Below, one piece after another: positions 24,672-37,829 of a stretch of DNA of 64,000 nucleotides; position 1 is the first letter of the stretch, and every line of letters starts with the position of its first letter. The DNA is taken from NCBI GenBank assembly GCA_965603825.1, contig CBFDEM010000003.1, positions 1 through 64,000 on the forward strand, in the 5' to 3' direction. The notes beneath the pieces are model-generated. The model ran no database searches, was not told the origin of the DNA, and saw only the letters and a list, made by a program, of their open reading frames with translations. A program made the position numbers and the translations under genes. The DNA comes from Blepharisma stoltei ATCC 30299. Taxonomy: Eukaryota > Protista > Ciliophora.

Positions 24672-26822
24672 ATGCAAAATTCCCCTGAAAGATCAAACCC
24701 AAGTACTTCGGCACAGACTAAAATTCAAGATCAGTCAGGCATTCCTGCTAGGCGAAAAAATCAGCAGTCAGCCCCTTCCAGCCATAATTCTCAACCACCC
24801 TCTAAGTATAGTCACTCAAATTCTATGAACCTTATGATTAGCATCACAAAAGCCAGTGTTACTGAGCTGGGTTTCCAAAAATACAAGATAAGTGACAGAG
24901 AAAAAAGTTTTAACATAATGTTCGCGATCACAAATCAAGGACAAAGCACAGGAGAGAAATGACGAACTTTTCCGCTTTTAATTGAAATTTATGAGAATAT
25001 TTTTACAATCAAGGTAATTTTTACGATAAATAATGAGAGCTTCAGGTTCACTGATGACAATTTGTTGCTAATTTCAATTGAATTCATCACACGTTCGAAT
25101 TATGGGATGCAAATCGGATGTTTCAATATTAGTCTGGAAAAAAGAATTTTGGTGTTTGAAAGCAAAGGGTTTTATAGCACCTTGAATCCTGAATGCTTAG
25201 GAAATCTAATTAAAGATCAGTTAATGAAATCAATTGCTTCATATAAAACTTATGCATTTGGAATAGTGTCAATTATTGAATTTTTCCAAAAAGGAGCCTC
25301 AATAGACACTAGAAGAATTTTACATGAGAGCGAAAAAAGAAGCCAAATCCCTCGAAAACACCCAGTTCAGCCAAAACCAGAGCCAGCAAAAGAAAGAGAA
25401 AGGGAGCAAGCCAAAAGGGACGATGATTCAGATCAATCAGAAACCAGTGATGACGCAGAAGATAACGACGAAGATATTTCCTCAAGCTATAATGAAGAAG
25501 AATATATTGAATATTGTGAAAGAGAAAGAGAATTAATAGAGTTTATCAGAGATAATGAAGTCCTAAAAACTATAATTGACTTTGCAAACCTCTTTCTAGA
25601 CGATAAAATTTACAAATATGAAGGATCCATTGGCTGCACCCTCAAAAAATATTTAGAATTAATAGACTTTGATCGAAATTTACTTGACGAAATCAAGCTT
25701 AAGCTAAGGCAGTGATATGAAAATGACTTGGAGTTTATGGCTTTTCCAAGCAACTATTTAACTGTCCAAGAACAAGGCTCGGGAAATCGGAAAATCCTGC
25801 TTATTCCAATCGGTCTTTCAAAAATCGCTCAAATACGCACTGAGAAGTCTCCAGATCCAAGAGAGTATGATTTAAAGCTGCTGAAAGAGATGAATTCATT
25901 ATTATGCCAAGTGATTAGTGATAAAAGCAATATGAAATACCAGATAAACAGTCAAGATTGAATTGGCCCAGAGAATTTCACCAATAAGTCTTTGATGGCA
26001 GAGGAATCAATTATTGGTCATGGAGGCTTTGGAGATGTCTATGAAAATGAATTATATGGCCAAAAAGTTGCAATAAAGTTCCCAAGAGAAGTAAAAGAGA
26101 CAGAAACTAAGGCAAAACGAAGGATCGCAAAAGAGCTGCAAATGATGAAGTGCCTTCCTCATGAAAATATCGTCAAAGTCTATGGAGTGGTCGAATACGA
26201 CAAAAAAATCGGCCTTGTCCTGGAATTTTGCCCCAAGGGAGGGCTGAACTCATACATTAAAAGATCCTCAAACATTACGATGGACGAGCGACTCAATTTG
26301 ATGTACGGAGCTAGCCTTGGATTGGAGTTCATGCATTCCAAAGAAATTTGCCATTTTGATATAAAGCCTCATAACATGTTTTTAAGTGAAGAAAATACTG
26401 TAAAACTAGCTGATTTTGGAATGAGTGAACACCTTGAGAAGGGAAAAGTTTTTAAGCCTGGCTTTACGCTGCTATATTGCTCGCCTGAACAAATTAAAGG
26501 AGATAACCCACAAATGCCTGCTGATGTGTGGTCTCTAGGTATGAGCATGTATTATGTTAGCCATGGAAGGGCGCCGTTTGATTATTTAGAGACTATGAAA
26601 GGACATAAGCCTGAGAAAAAAGAGTTTTATCAGGAAATAAAGAAGAAAATGAGAAAGCCAAAGGTGCTAGAAGAGATTGAGAGGAAGTTCCCAAGGTTTG
26701 TGGCGCTTATGAGAGAAATGTGGAGTGAAGCTCCGGAAAGGAGGCCGCCTATGAGAGATGTGAGGAAAGGGTTGAAAAATGCTTTAGATTTACTTAATAA
26801 AAAAAGGATGCAAAAGCTATAG
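24672..26822 (+). CDS. Protein kinase (TKL-like, non-RD) with N-terminal YbjN-like domain, ~716 aa
   Basis: Four same-frame fragments joined at TGA. Kinase motifs GHGGFG, VAIK, HFDIKPHN, DFG, YCSPE, DVWSLG. N-terminal IEFITRSNYGMQIGCF. Confidence 0.85.
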
Positions 26823-27394
26823 CAATATAATTCTGATATTTATAAAAAATTACTTCTTAATCAATATTAGATATTGAGGATGATGTTTATTGAATCAGAA
26901 TTTTATTTTCTAATCCTTTGGGCTAAAAAAATTAATTATTTGGTTTGCAGAATATTTTTTCTAGAGAAAATGGCTTTGATGAAATGCCTCTGGGGAAATC
27001 TACTATGAAACAAATAATTTCCTATATATATAAATATTTCAAATTTCCTGAGAAAATTATGAGTCGCTTTTCTACTATATAAAATCTTTGGCATTTTCTG
27101 CAACTAATTGGGATATAATTCATAATTTTTTACCATTTATTTTTCGATTTTCTTTAAATCGCTTTTTGAAATTAAGGGAAATTTCAAGGAGAAAATTGAA
27201 AAGAGCAGAATCGCGTAAAATATTTTATTTCATATATTATATCAATTAAGAATTCAAAATTCAAGAATATGAGTTAATAAAAATTATTGTTTATTAAAGC
27301 AATTGATATAAATTCTTAAAAGATATGCGCTTATTTATTTTATTAATTAAGAAAGAGTTAAAAACTACAAAATAAATATTTACTTTTTTGTACA

Positions 27395-30300
27395 TTATGT
27401 TTCTTTTTCTGCAATTTTTACTTTGATTTCTCTTTCATCTTCTTCTATTATCACTTTTTCCGCAAGATCGCAGCAAAAGCTATCTAAAACCCTCGAATCC
27501 GTCGGTATTTCACATTTATTTTCAAAATATCCTTTTCTGTTTGCCCTTGTATTTTCTACTTCAATCAAAACTCCTCCCCCCACCAAATAAATCGAAATAA
27601 TAAAATATTTTTTCCCTTCAAATTTCCCTGTCCTCAGTAGCAGCGGATATTTCATCGAAGGATTTTGGAGCAATGGGCTTCTCGGAGTTCTTTTTGAGTC
27701 CCCATCAGCTGTTGGACTATGTGTAGTAAATGCTGTTTCTGTATTAGAAATTGTCCTTCTATGGTTCAAAGGATATAAAAAATTTGCCTTTGGCTTTACT
27801 GGGTCCGGAGTTTCCAGTCTACGAATATTATTATTCCTCTGGGAAACCTTCACTTTTTCTTCTATGCAAAGCTTATATACATTTCCTTGTTCTTCTACAT
27901 ATAAGCTTGGAATTATGATTTTTTCTAAAATTTGTTTTCTTGTAATACTATCTCCAAGTTGGGCAAGTCTGTTATTTTCTATATGCAAAACAAGCACAGA
28001 GCGCGAATGGTGGGCTTCAATTCTGATTTTTGAGCCTTGCAGATATGCGTATATTAAGTAGTCTCTGTCATCTAATTTTCGCTTGGCTACTGTGATACAC
28101 CGTAGTCCTTGGTAAATGTGCCTTGATTTGTGTTTTCTTGTTCAGTATCCTCTCCATCATTTTTGGATTTTGGTGACCAAGGTGTTCAAATTGAAGTTTG
28201 GCAGGTTTAAATTCATTTTAATGCTAAAATCGTCGACTTCTAGACCTCTCATTAATATATATTTTGCCATAGGAACAATTCATTCAATCCCAACCTCCAG
28301 TTTTTCGGAAGCTTTAGCGATGTCTATTGCAATTTGTTTTCTGACTATTGGTGGTAAAGAAGAAACTATATCAAAGACAAGCTGTCCAGTTCCTTCATCA
28401 ATTTTCCCGACTTTGATTTTATATGGTTTATTTCTGTACTCTTTTTCAGTAGTAATTATTATGCAGTCATCTGATAAGGTCCTAAAAACTTCTGACTGGA
28501 ACCCTTTTTTCATTCTTTTCGGCTTCTCATAGCTCTCTTCCTGCTGCTCCAGCAGCTGCTGCTGTTGCTGTTGTTGTCCAGCTTTTGGTGACGTCAGTAT
28601 CAGTTCTTGTCTATGAATTGTTGCGTTTTTAAATATATCCTCCATATCTTTTCTCCCATATTTCTGTACAAGCTCATCAGCTGAAAATATTTTTGAGAAC
28701 TTCCAAGCTCCTTTTCTAGGCTTAGCAAAAGCCCGCAAATCGACTTTATACCCTTGTGGGTCTTCAGAGACCAATAAATGGTAGTCATACTCCCCAATTT
28801 TTTTGGTCCTTTCCAGCAGTTTGATTTTCAATGCATTTTTTGCATGGTTTTTAATTGCTTTATGGTTTACATGCACTTCGTCTTCTTCACAAGGTTCTAT
28901 ATGGAAGAAATCGTCCGCTGACCGCTGAATTGCAATTTTATTGTTGTGAAAAGTCAGGGCTTTTGTGATAGCTTTATAATCGTTCGTGACTATTAAAACC
29001 TCGCTGGTTATTTCTTGCTCGTACATTGTGTCATCATACATATTTCTTATGGCTAGCAAAACATCGACCTTTTGTGTTCTGTAGAATTCGACCATATAAG
29101 GGATTTTATTGATAATTCTGATGCTTCTTGAAAGCAAAAATGATATGTCTTCTCTTAATGCTCTTAATTTTTTCAGTTTATAAATTTCTGTTTCTTTATG
29201 TTTTTTATAGTTTTTTTGTATTAATTCTACTGCTTTTCTTTTGATTTCGAATTTTTCTTCTTCAGACATTTCGGTTGTGCTGCCTTTGGTCACCACTTTG
29301 TTTTCACTTTTTTTGGGTTTTACAACCTCGTCTTTGCATAAATTAATTACTATTACGGGACAGTCAACTATTCTACGGGTGACTAGACTGAGTTCTCTTG
29401 AGCTTTCAATAATAATAAAATCTGCGACCTGCTCGAACTCGTCCACGAATTTTTTTTCAAGGCCGAGTATTTTTTTTAGCTCATCCCCGTTTACAGACAA
29501 ATATTTTGTAACACCAGGGCCATCATTTTCAGGCTCTGCCTCTATGAAAAAGTCTTCTCAGTTTTCGGTTTCCAAGACTTCATAAAAGTAAAGCTTATAG
29601 GAGTGTCCGTTGTTAAGCACTCTTGTGGTTTTATAAACTAATTGTTTATGCTGAGGCCCTGCAATAGGTCTTTCAGTAAAAATTACTTTTCCGCCTTGAA
29701 TATCGACATAATGGAGAAGATTGAGTTTTTGTTTAAAAATTTCGGTAGGTTCTCAGAAGTCAAGGGCTTCACAGATCTCACTGACTGTTCAAATAGAAGG
29801 CTGAGGTATTGGAAGCTGTTTAATAGGATAGGCTTCAACTCGGAAAAGTTCTGGGTTTCGCTTGTGGAGGTATATACTGATAATATAAGGGTTTCTATGC
29901 AAAACTTTTCTGCCTCTAATTATTAGATTTCCAGTCAATAATTCATATCTTGGCTTTGATAACTTATAATGAGCCTTTACCAAATTTTCTTTATTTTTCT
30001 TTACTTTTTTCATTTTATTTATTATTTCATTGTTCAGCTCATTTTCCTGGTTTTCCACTTTTCCATACTCCAACACAATTTTTTCATCTTTTATAGTAAT
30101 AAACGGGAATATTTCTTGCGAAATAAACTGTACCAATTTAGATTCTTGTTTTGTGTTAAGACTCAGCTGATAAATATACGAATATTCTTTTTCACACCCA
30201 GACTGGGCAGCCTTAATAATGATTTTGTTGCTTAAAATGTCTTTGAAAAACTGAATTGTGTAGCCGACCCCATTAATAACTTTCATCATAGATGAAATCC

Positions 30301-31732
30301 TATCAAAATTTGGTGCCAGAATGGTTTTGACCCCTTTAATGGTCATTCCAGAGTCTTCATCAATTTCAATTAAATTCAAAAGATCCTCAATATTCGGGTT
30401 GGTAAAAGGGACTACAACTTCATATTCTTGCTTTCTGCTTCCTCCCCATGACTTAAAAATCAATTTAGAGTCAGTTTTTCTTATAGAAATCATATAGATT
30501 TCTTTCCCAATTTTCCTAGCATGCTTGTAAATCAAACCTCTGCTTTTATTTTTGGCTCTTAATTTAAATACAGATTTTTCCTTTCACATTCGGTATAATG
30601 ATTGGATTTTAATACAAGCAGAAATCGCTGAAAAAATGATAGGCTTATGGGTTCTGTTTGGGCTCGCTGTAGAAGGACTTTCTATAGTTTTGCTGATGCT
30701 TTCTGAAATAGGTGAGTCATCATTGTGCATTTTTGACTGGAAATCGTGCTTGCTTATATTGGAAATTGCAGTTCCTGACCTTTTGAATACTGGGAACTGC
30801 ATATTTGATAAAAAAGATTTGAGCTCATCAAATTGTACAGTCCCTCCACTCATATTGGAGAGCTCAGAAAAAGTATGTTCTACTTCGCTATTCCTGTGCT
30901 TATGAAACTTTTTGTTATTTGCAAGAGTTGTCCCACTGGATGTTGAAAAAATAGAGCCTCTTGCAGATTTTTTGGGAGAGTCAGTTGCCAATAAGCTGAC
31001 TATATCCTTAAGGGAATTTGAATGCAAATCAAAAACTAAATTTTTTAAGCTAGATTTTCTGCTGAATAATTGAGTTTCTTTAGGGGATAAGGCATTTTTT
31101 GAATCTGTATTTGAATTTTTCGCTTCTTGAGTTTTAAAAAAAGTGCTTCCACGCTTCATAGTGGATGCCTGCGAAGGAGAGGCTTCTAGTTTATTGTCGT
31201 TAGTTTTGAATAAATCATGGTACTGAATATTCCCATCTGTAGCTGTTCTGAAATGAGTTTGGCTTCCTCGTCTATTAGACAGAATCTGTTTGGAAACTGG
31301 CTTTTCTTTCTTTAAATCGCTCAAAATCCTTTCATAAGCATCAGATATCATATTAGCCAGATTTTTGGAGTTTTTCAGATTTTTGCTCAGTTGGAGAGCT
31401 CTGTTGAAAACTTCAAGGGCAACTGGTTTTTTCCCTAAAGCATCCTCTTCAATTCCTCTCATATACCAGGCTAAAGTAAGTAATTTTTCACTTACTTTTT
31501 GCTGAGAAGAAACTAGTTCGGCTATAGCTTGTTTTGCATAATTTAGCGCTTTAGAATGCTTACTTTGGCTGCTAAAAAAGCTGCACATACTCAATTGCTC
31601 AATTGCCAGGTTTTGATGTGTGCTGTTTCCAATAGAAGATTTTATATTTCTAAGAATTTCATTAAATGTATCTACCCTTTCTCTTCTAATTGAAATAGAA
31701 CTCTTTCTATCATAACGTTCTATTTTTTCCAT
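27395..31732 (-). CDS. Giant (~1445 aa) protein: TPR-like N-terminus, IQ motifs, repeated beta-rich modules
   Basis: Four ORF fragments in one frame separated by TGA. IQ-like ACIKIQSLYRM(W) and AVELIQKNYKKH; polyQ near 28540-28580. Confidence 0.8.
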
Positions 31733-32391
31733 TAAAGTATAATCTTTTTATCCAAGATCAATAAATAGTAAATTTGATATTTCATAAATAAAAAATATTT
31801 AAATATGAAATCAAAAACAGAGTTTGCTAAAGCAATTGAAATACTTATTTTGTTCTAGAGTTTGAAGAACTAGCTATTTAAATTTAGGTTGTTATAACAA
31901 ATATAAAATATAAAAGTATTGTAAACTATAAAATGCTATTATGCAAATAAATAATAAAAAATTTGGGGATAGCTTGACTTAAAAGAGAAGCGCTGAGCTT
32001 TTTATAATATTTAAAGCCTTTATTGATTTGGTCTTCAATGAAAATTTCTCAAAACAGAAAAGGCATTTTCTTTGAATCGAAATTTTGGAAATTAAAAAAT
32101 AAGTAGCAAAGAGTTTTATTTGTAGTTGTTATAAAATCAAATAGTTTTTTGAAGTTTTATATAAGGAGCTATATTTTTTGGTTTCAACGAATTCGCAGTT
32201 CATGCTTAAAATTATGCAATTAGATTCCTTATAACATTGATAATAAATTCATATTTAAATTGTCTCAAAAATCTATTCTATTTATTCTCCCAGAAAATAG
32301 ATTCTTAACCTATATCTTTTGTTGCTAAAATTTTATTATAAATCATTTCTACTAATTAAATCTGCTTTCCAAAGATTTAAACTTTATTTTC

Positions 32392-33081
32392 TTAAGCAGC
32401 CCAAATCTTTTCCTTATGCTTAATCATTCTTCTGAAATCCCTCTGCGCTTTCCAATGGAAATCTTCCTTATCTCTTCTGGCGTCAACTTCAAACATCCTC
32501 GTTAAGTATCTTACAAATAGCTTGATCCATTTAATAATCTCAAACTCAGGTCCTTGGGTAAATCTTTCTTCAGCCTGTCTCCATTCTTGTCTGGCAGTCA
32601 AAGCTACCACCGCAGCCAATATGTCTTTTTGGACAGCCCTAGGGTTGACATTCCATAGCTTGGTGACTGCGTTTTCTTTCTTCAAAAGCTCTTCAATATC
32701 TTCTCTTGATGGGTAATCCTTGGAGAGCATTAAAAAATCAAAGAAAACTGCGAGTACAAACAGTGTATCAGCGTCATCGTAGCTCAAAGTTCTGAAATCG
32801 ATATCACTTACAGCTACCCCAGCGAAATGTAGATCTTTGGTCAGGTTTGGACAAGGGTCAACCTGGATTTCGGCTTCAATTTCTTTGAGCTTGGCATCGT
32901 GGACGGCTGTACGCTTATCAGCTATGGTGAGGATCACTTCTTTGAGGTTCTGCCAGTTTCGGCGAAGCTGACTGTTGATACCTCCGAGATTCATGAAGGT
33001 GGTGGGGCGGCGGATGAATTCCAGAATGTGGTAGTGGAGAATATCTGCAGGAATATTGCTGAGGGTTGTTGTCGATGACAT
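32392..33081 (-). CDS. F-box-like protein with putative dynein-stalk MTBD-like domain, paralog 1 (229 aa)
   Basis: LSNIPADILHYHILEFI is F-box-like; colinear paralog at 40245. Domain call is by eye. Confidence 0.7.
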   Translation of the reverse strand: MSSTTTLSNIPADILHYHILEFIRRPTTFMNLGGINSQLRRNWQNLKEVILTIADKRTAVHDAKLKEIEAEIQVDPCPNLTKDLHFAGVAVSDIDFRTLSYDDADTLFVLAVFFDFLMLSKDYPSREDIEELLKKENAVTKLWNVNPRAVQKDILAAVVALTARQEWRQAEERFTQGPEFEIIKWIKLFVRYLTRMFEVDARRDKEDFHWKAQRDFRRMIKHKEKIWAA

Positions 33082-33671
33082 ATTTTATAAGTTAATGCTA
33101 CCCATGGTTTAAAAGAGGATAATGGGGTGAAGTTTTTAATCCTTTCCAAATAGGCATTTATTATAACTGTCTTACTCTAAAATATTTTGATAGATAAAGC
33201 TTTTAAGGGAATTGGCTAAATCAATCTTAGACATTTTTATCATATTCTTGGCTTTATGTTTCTATAATAATTTTAATTTAATATTTCCAAAGAAATTAAA
33301 AAATAAATAGAACTTCAAATGCTTAAGCATATATATGAAAAATCGGCTTATTTGTAAATTTTACAGATTGAATTAAATCTCCATTTAATAATAAAAACTT
33401 GATTTTGATAAACCAGTACTTTTCATCTGAATAATTCGCTCTTTAAAAGGTTATAAAAATCACTTTTTGTCTAAATCACACAGAAAAATCTAATACTCAT
33501 AAGTAAAACTCGTATCTTTAAAGATGGACTTTATCTGATTTGCTTTCTTCTCCTGCAAATTATAAGCATTCCGCTATTTATGATGTTTAAAAGAACCAAT
33601 ATTTTACTAATTAATATTTTTTAACTAATCTAGATGGTATTTAGTAATTGTCAAGAATTCTCACATATTTA

Positions 33672-34773
33672 ATGGAAGACTCTAAAGCGACAAATATAGA
33701 AGAGCTGATTAAAACACTAAACCTCCTCAAAAAAGCCTTGATTTCTGAACGAGAGGAACGAAAAACAACCACAAAAAACGTCGAAAACTTGCAAGAGAAC
33801 GTTAATATCCTAGAAAAGAAAATTAGAGAAAAAGTGATTTTTACTCAGGACGAAGAAGGTCATATTATTACACACAACATTGAGCACTGCAAATCAGAAA
33901 TTACTGACCAAGAGCGGCTACTGCAAAATCAATCTCCAGGAAAAGGCAAGCCTGCAAAGCCACCAAAACAGACAAGTCTATCAAGAAGCATCCAAGCGTT
34001 GGAGAACCAAAATGAGAAGCTTAAAGAAGAGTACAACCAAATGAAGAAAGAAAACGATGAAATTGAGCTGAAAATAAAAAGCATCAAGCAGTAATGCTTA
34101 TTATAGGTCTTATGAAAGATATCAAAGAATCGCCAATGCAACTGATGATGGACTGAAAAAAGCTGAATTTGATATTCTAAGAGATAAACTGATTTCTAAT
34201 GAGAAAATGAATGAAATCATGGAAGAGAAAAAAATTCTCCGGAAATCCACTATTAATTTGAGTGTTAAAAACGGGAAAATGGTAGAAGAGCTTGAAGCGA
34301 TTAACCGAAAAATCCAATTCGGGCTAGAAGAAATTGGGAATTTGAAAAAGTTTAAGGAATCAAAAATTGAGCATGAAAATTTATTGAAAGAAAGAATAGA
34401 AAAACACGAAAAAATCGAAAAAGAATTGGCTCAAGAATTATTGTTTCATCGAGCTAAAATCCTTGACGCCCAATCCTATTATCAGACTTTTGAAGTTTTA
34501 AAAATAACCCCACTTTTGAATTCCCCTGCCAAAATTATATTAAAAAGAGAAAATCCTAATGGTTTTTCGATTGAATTTCAATCAGGAGCCAAAAGCAAGG
34601 CCTTTAATGTATCTGATATTGAATCCTTATATAAGCACCAAACGAAGCCTAATCGATTTATCGTTAAAATTGAAGGAGAAAGTGCTAGGGAATTTCAGAG
34701 TGAAGAATCTGAAAGGATAATGACAAGAATAAGAGAAATCATGCAAATCGTGATGGGAGTTGAAGTTGATTAA
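33672..34773 (+). CDS. Coiled-coil protein with C-terminal beta-rich (PH-like?) domain; 2 introns
   Basis: ORFs join via a 16-nt intron (34091-34106); candidate in-frame intron at 33834-33848. Confidence 0.75.
33834..33848 (+). other. Candidate 15-nt intron GTGATTTTTACTCAG (stopless, in frame)
   Basis: GT..AG, A10; encodes an out-of-character VIFTQ inside a coiled coil if retained. Confidence 0.65.
34091..34106 (+). other. 16-nt intron GTAATGCTTATTATAG
   Basis: Removal supplies the exact frame change linking ORF 33648 to ORF 34207. Confidence 0.85.
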
Positions 34774-34775
34774 TT

Positions 34776-36353
34776 TTATAGTATTGAATATTTAATAGTT
34801 GCTTTCTTGCCCCAGTTTTCTTTAATTCGCTGTTGATCCAGCATTCGTAACTGTGTTTCCAGTAACGCATTATGAGTATTTATCTGTGTAAGTTCTTGCT
34901 TTAGTTTCTCCAGCGTCTCTTTTTGCTTGATTTCTTTAATTTTTGACTCTTCTTGAAACTTAAAAATCGCTGATTTCAGCTCTTCGATTTCTTCTTTTTC
35001 TTTTTTATTCTGAGGCTGTGCTGTCAAAGCAGCCCTCGCATTGACTTCAGCTTGTTTCCTTTCTTTTTGCATTCTTTTGATTTCACTGTCTTTTCACTTT
35101 TCAAGCTCTTTTATTTGTGCATCTTTAAATTCTAGTAGAACTATTAGCTGGTCTTCAATTGCTTTTTTGCTGGATTCGAGCTCTTTGGTAGTGTTTCGGA
35201 CTTCTTGGCTTTTTGATTTGATGTTTTCGATTTCCTGATTTAATTTTTGCACTTTTTCTTCTGTGGAGCCAGGCTTAGGGGGAGAAGGATTTGTAGGAAG
35301 TTTTGGTTCTTGCTTTGAAGGGTCATTGGAGATAGGAATTTTGATTTTTTTTGGCTCTGAAGGACGAGTTTCGTTGCTTTGTAAAGCACTGGAGTCAAAT
35401 ATAATTGCGTCATCATCAATAGCTTTGTCTTCTTTGGGCTGCTTGGCTTGCTTTTGAGTCTTTTGAAGCGGCTTTGGCTGAGGTTTTGGGGAGGAAGGCT
35501 TGTTGTCTTTTTTACGAGGTGATAAAGATTTCATTTGAGATTTTTCTGGTTTGGCTGCTTTTTCATCCCCTTTTAAACAGTTTTTTCCTTCGCCTCTTTT
35601 TAGGAAAGGTTTTGCAGGTTTTGAATTTTCAGCTGGTTCTTCAATGTTTTGCCTCGATTTTTCTTCCATTATTAGTCTAGGTTTTTCTTCAATTACTAAT
35701 TTTGGTTTTTCCTCAGTAAATTTTCTTGCTTTTTCTTCTGCAAATGGCTTAGGCCTCTCAACTCTTTTAGCAATAATTTTGTTTGCAGCTAATTTGCCAG
35801 AGTTTCTTTTCAAAAATTCACGCTTTTGTACAGGCTTGCTGTCTTCCCCCTCAATTTCCTCGTATTTTATTTTTTCTTCAAGTAGCTGCTCAAATGTTTT
35901 CTTGACACCAGCAACAGGTATTTCATCAAAATCATGGGGCTGACTTTGGCTACTAACATAATTTTTGTCATAATTTTTATCTGTTTCTGTAAGATAATTT
36001 TCAAAGTCTTCTTCCATAGGTTGTTGATCAGAAGGATTAGACATTTCAGGCAGTGGTGAGCTAGTAATCACATCGTCTTCTTCATAAAAATCTTCGTCAT
36101 TTTCATATTTTTGATATCTAGAATAAGGAGGCTGAGGGACAGATTTATTTTCTACTGAATTTGGTCTTATTAAATCTTCAAAACTATTTTGAATTTTGGG
36201 GGATGATTGTGGTGGTATATTAGGAGCTTGATAAGCTTGTGTGTTTCTAAGCATAGCAAAATATTTCATCTGAGCCTCTTTAATTTGTTCAGGAGTCATC
36301 TCTCGGAGAGCATGCTGCATGAATCCGAAGAAATCAGGGTTATTGAAGTCCAT
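34776..36353 (-). CDS. SAS-4/CPAP(CENPJ)-like protein (~525 aa) lacking the TCP domain
   Basis: DEIPVAGVKKTFEQLLEEKI and KPFLKRGEGK match the PN2-3 tubulin-binding region; NKKEKEEIEELK... matches the CPAP coiled coil. Joined at TGA 35094. Confidence 0.7.
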
Positions 36354-36391
36354 TTAGAATTTAATTCAAATAAATGCAAAAACAAAATAAA

Positions 36392-37471
36392 ATGGATTAT
36401 GAAATTACAATACATGATGACAGCATCGATTTCAAGCACACAAACCCACACAAACAAAAGCACCTTGTAGATCACTCAAATGTTGATTTTTTAGAAGTAA
36501 AACCTGGTGCACTTCCATGAGATGAAGAATCAATGACATTTTCAAGAGATGAAGGTGCAAGCCTGATTCATTTGCAAAGAGAAAACGAAAAATTAAGAAA
36601 CAAATTGAAAGAATTAAGTGAAAAATTAAACCATCAAATCGATTTAGCGGAGAGCCGAAGAAAAAAAAGTAAGCCCCAGAAGAAAAGAACTGGATATGAA
36701 GAACTAGAAACTGCCAAAAAGAAGTTAGCGCTTTGTGAGTAATTTCTATCTAGAAATCAATTCGAAACTCTATCAACTAGAATAAATCTGCTTAAAGATC
36801 CTGAATATGAACGAAAGCTAAAAGAAGATATAGAAAATAACCAAAGAAAGTTAAGAGAGATCGAAGTTAACGTACAAAGAAATGCAGCCATGCAAAGCAA
36901 GCGAGGGAAATTCCTAGGAAATTTATTAGATACAGGAGAGTCCCCAGACACAATGAAATCATTTATGGATTTAATGAACGAAAGAAAAATTTTGATCTGC
37001 AAAATCGAAAAAATTGACCAAAAAAACAGTCAAGTTACGTCCAGTTTTTATAATTTCTCTGAAAAATGCAATCAATTTGAAGAATTATATAGAGAATTAA
37101 GCAGGAATCAAGACCAAAACTATAGTGACTCAGGAAAAATAGTGAAAGAAGAAGTGGTTAAACTAGAGAAAGCGAATTCAATAAAAGAAAAAGAATTGAA
37201 AAGCAAAGTAAAAAGATTGATAAATAAAATCAAAGATCTTGAAACCGAAGACATTAATCTAGATTACGAAAGAGATAAGCTGATAGAGGAAATTAGAGAA
37301 AAAGAAAGGGAGATTAATCAAGCTCATCAAAATATCGCCAAATTAAGGTTTTCAGATAGCTTGATGATCCAAAAATCGTCAAGCATGACAAGGATTTTCC
37401 CAACAGAGCTAAATGAGTTAGGACCTGCCAAATCGCACAGTAAAAAGGTTTTGACACCAAAACTGAGGTAG
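36392..37471 (+). CDS. Coiled-coil protein (~354 aa); 1 intron
   Basis: ATG 36392, one TGA, intron 36739-36753, ends TAG. Confidence 0.75.
36739..36753 (+). other. 15-nt intron GTAATTTCTATCTAG
   Basis: A10; removes an in-frame TAA. Confidence 0.88.
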
Positions 37472-37829
37472 AAATTAGTTGATTTATAGTAATAATAATT
37501 TGCAAATTGTAGGATCAATAAATCAGAAGCTCTATGCAATAGCTTAATCATTTTATTTCTAAATCTCTTATGCTTATATGGGATTTCATAATTTCTAGTA
37601 TAATAGAAATAATGGTTTCTGATACATCAATTTCATCTTTTTTTGAAATTCATAAGTGGAATATTATTTAAAAAAGTTGAAGAAAAAGGAAACCACAGTA
37701 TCACATTTCTTTAAAAAATTAAGATATACTATATTTACCAATCCAAACAACTATTTTTTACCAAGACTTAAATTTATCTATATATAGCCTATAATAAGAA
37801 GCCATGAAAAATGTGAGATTCATATAAAT

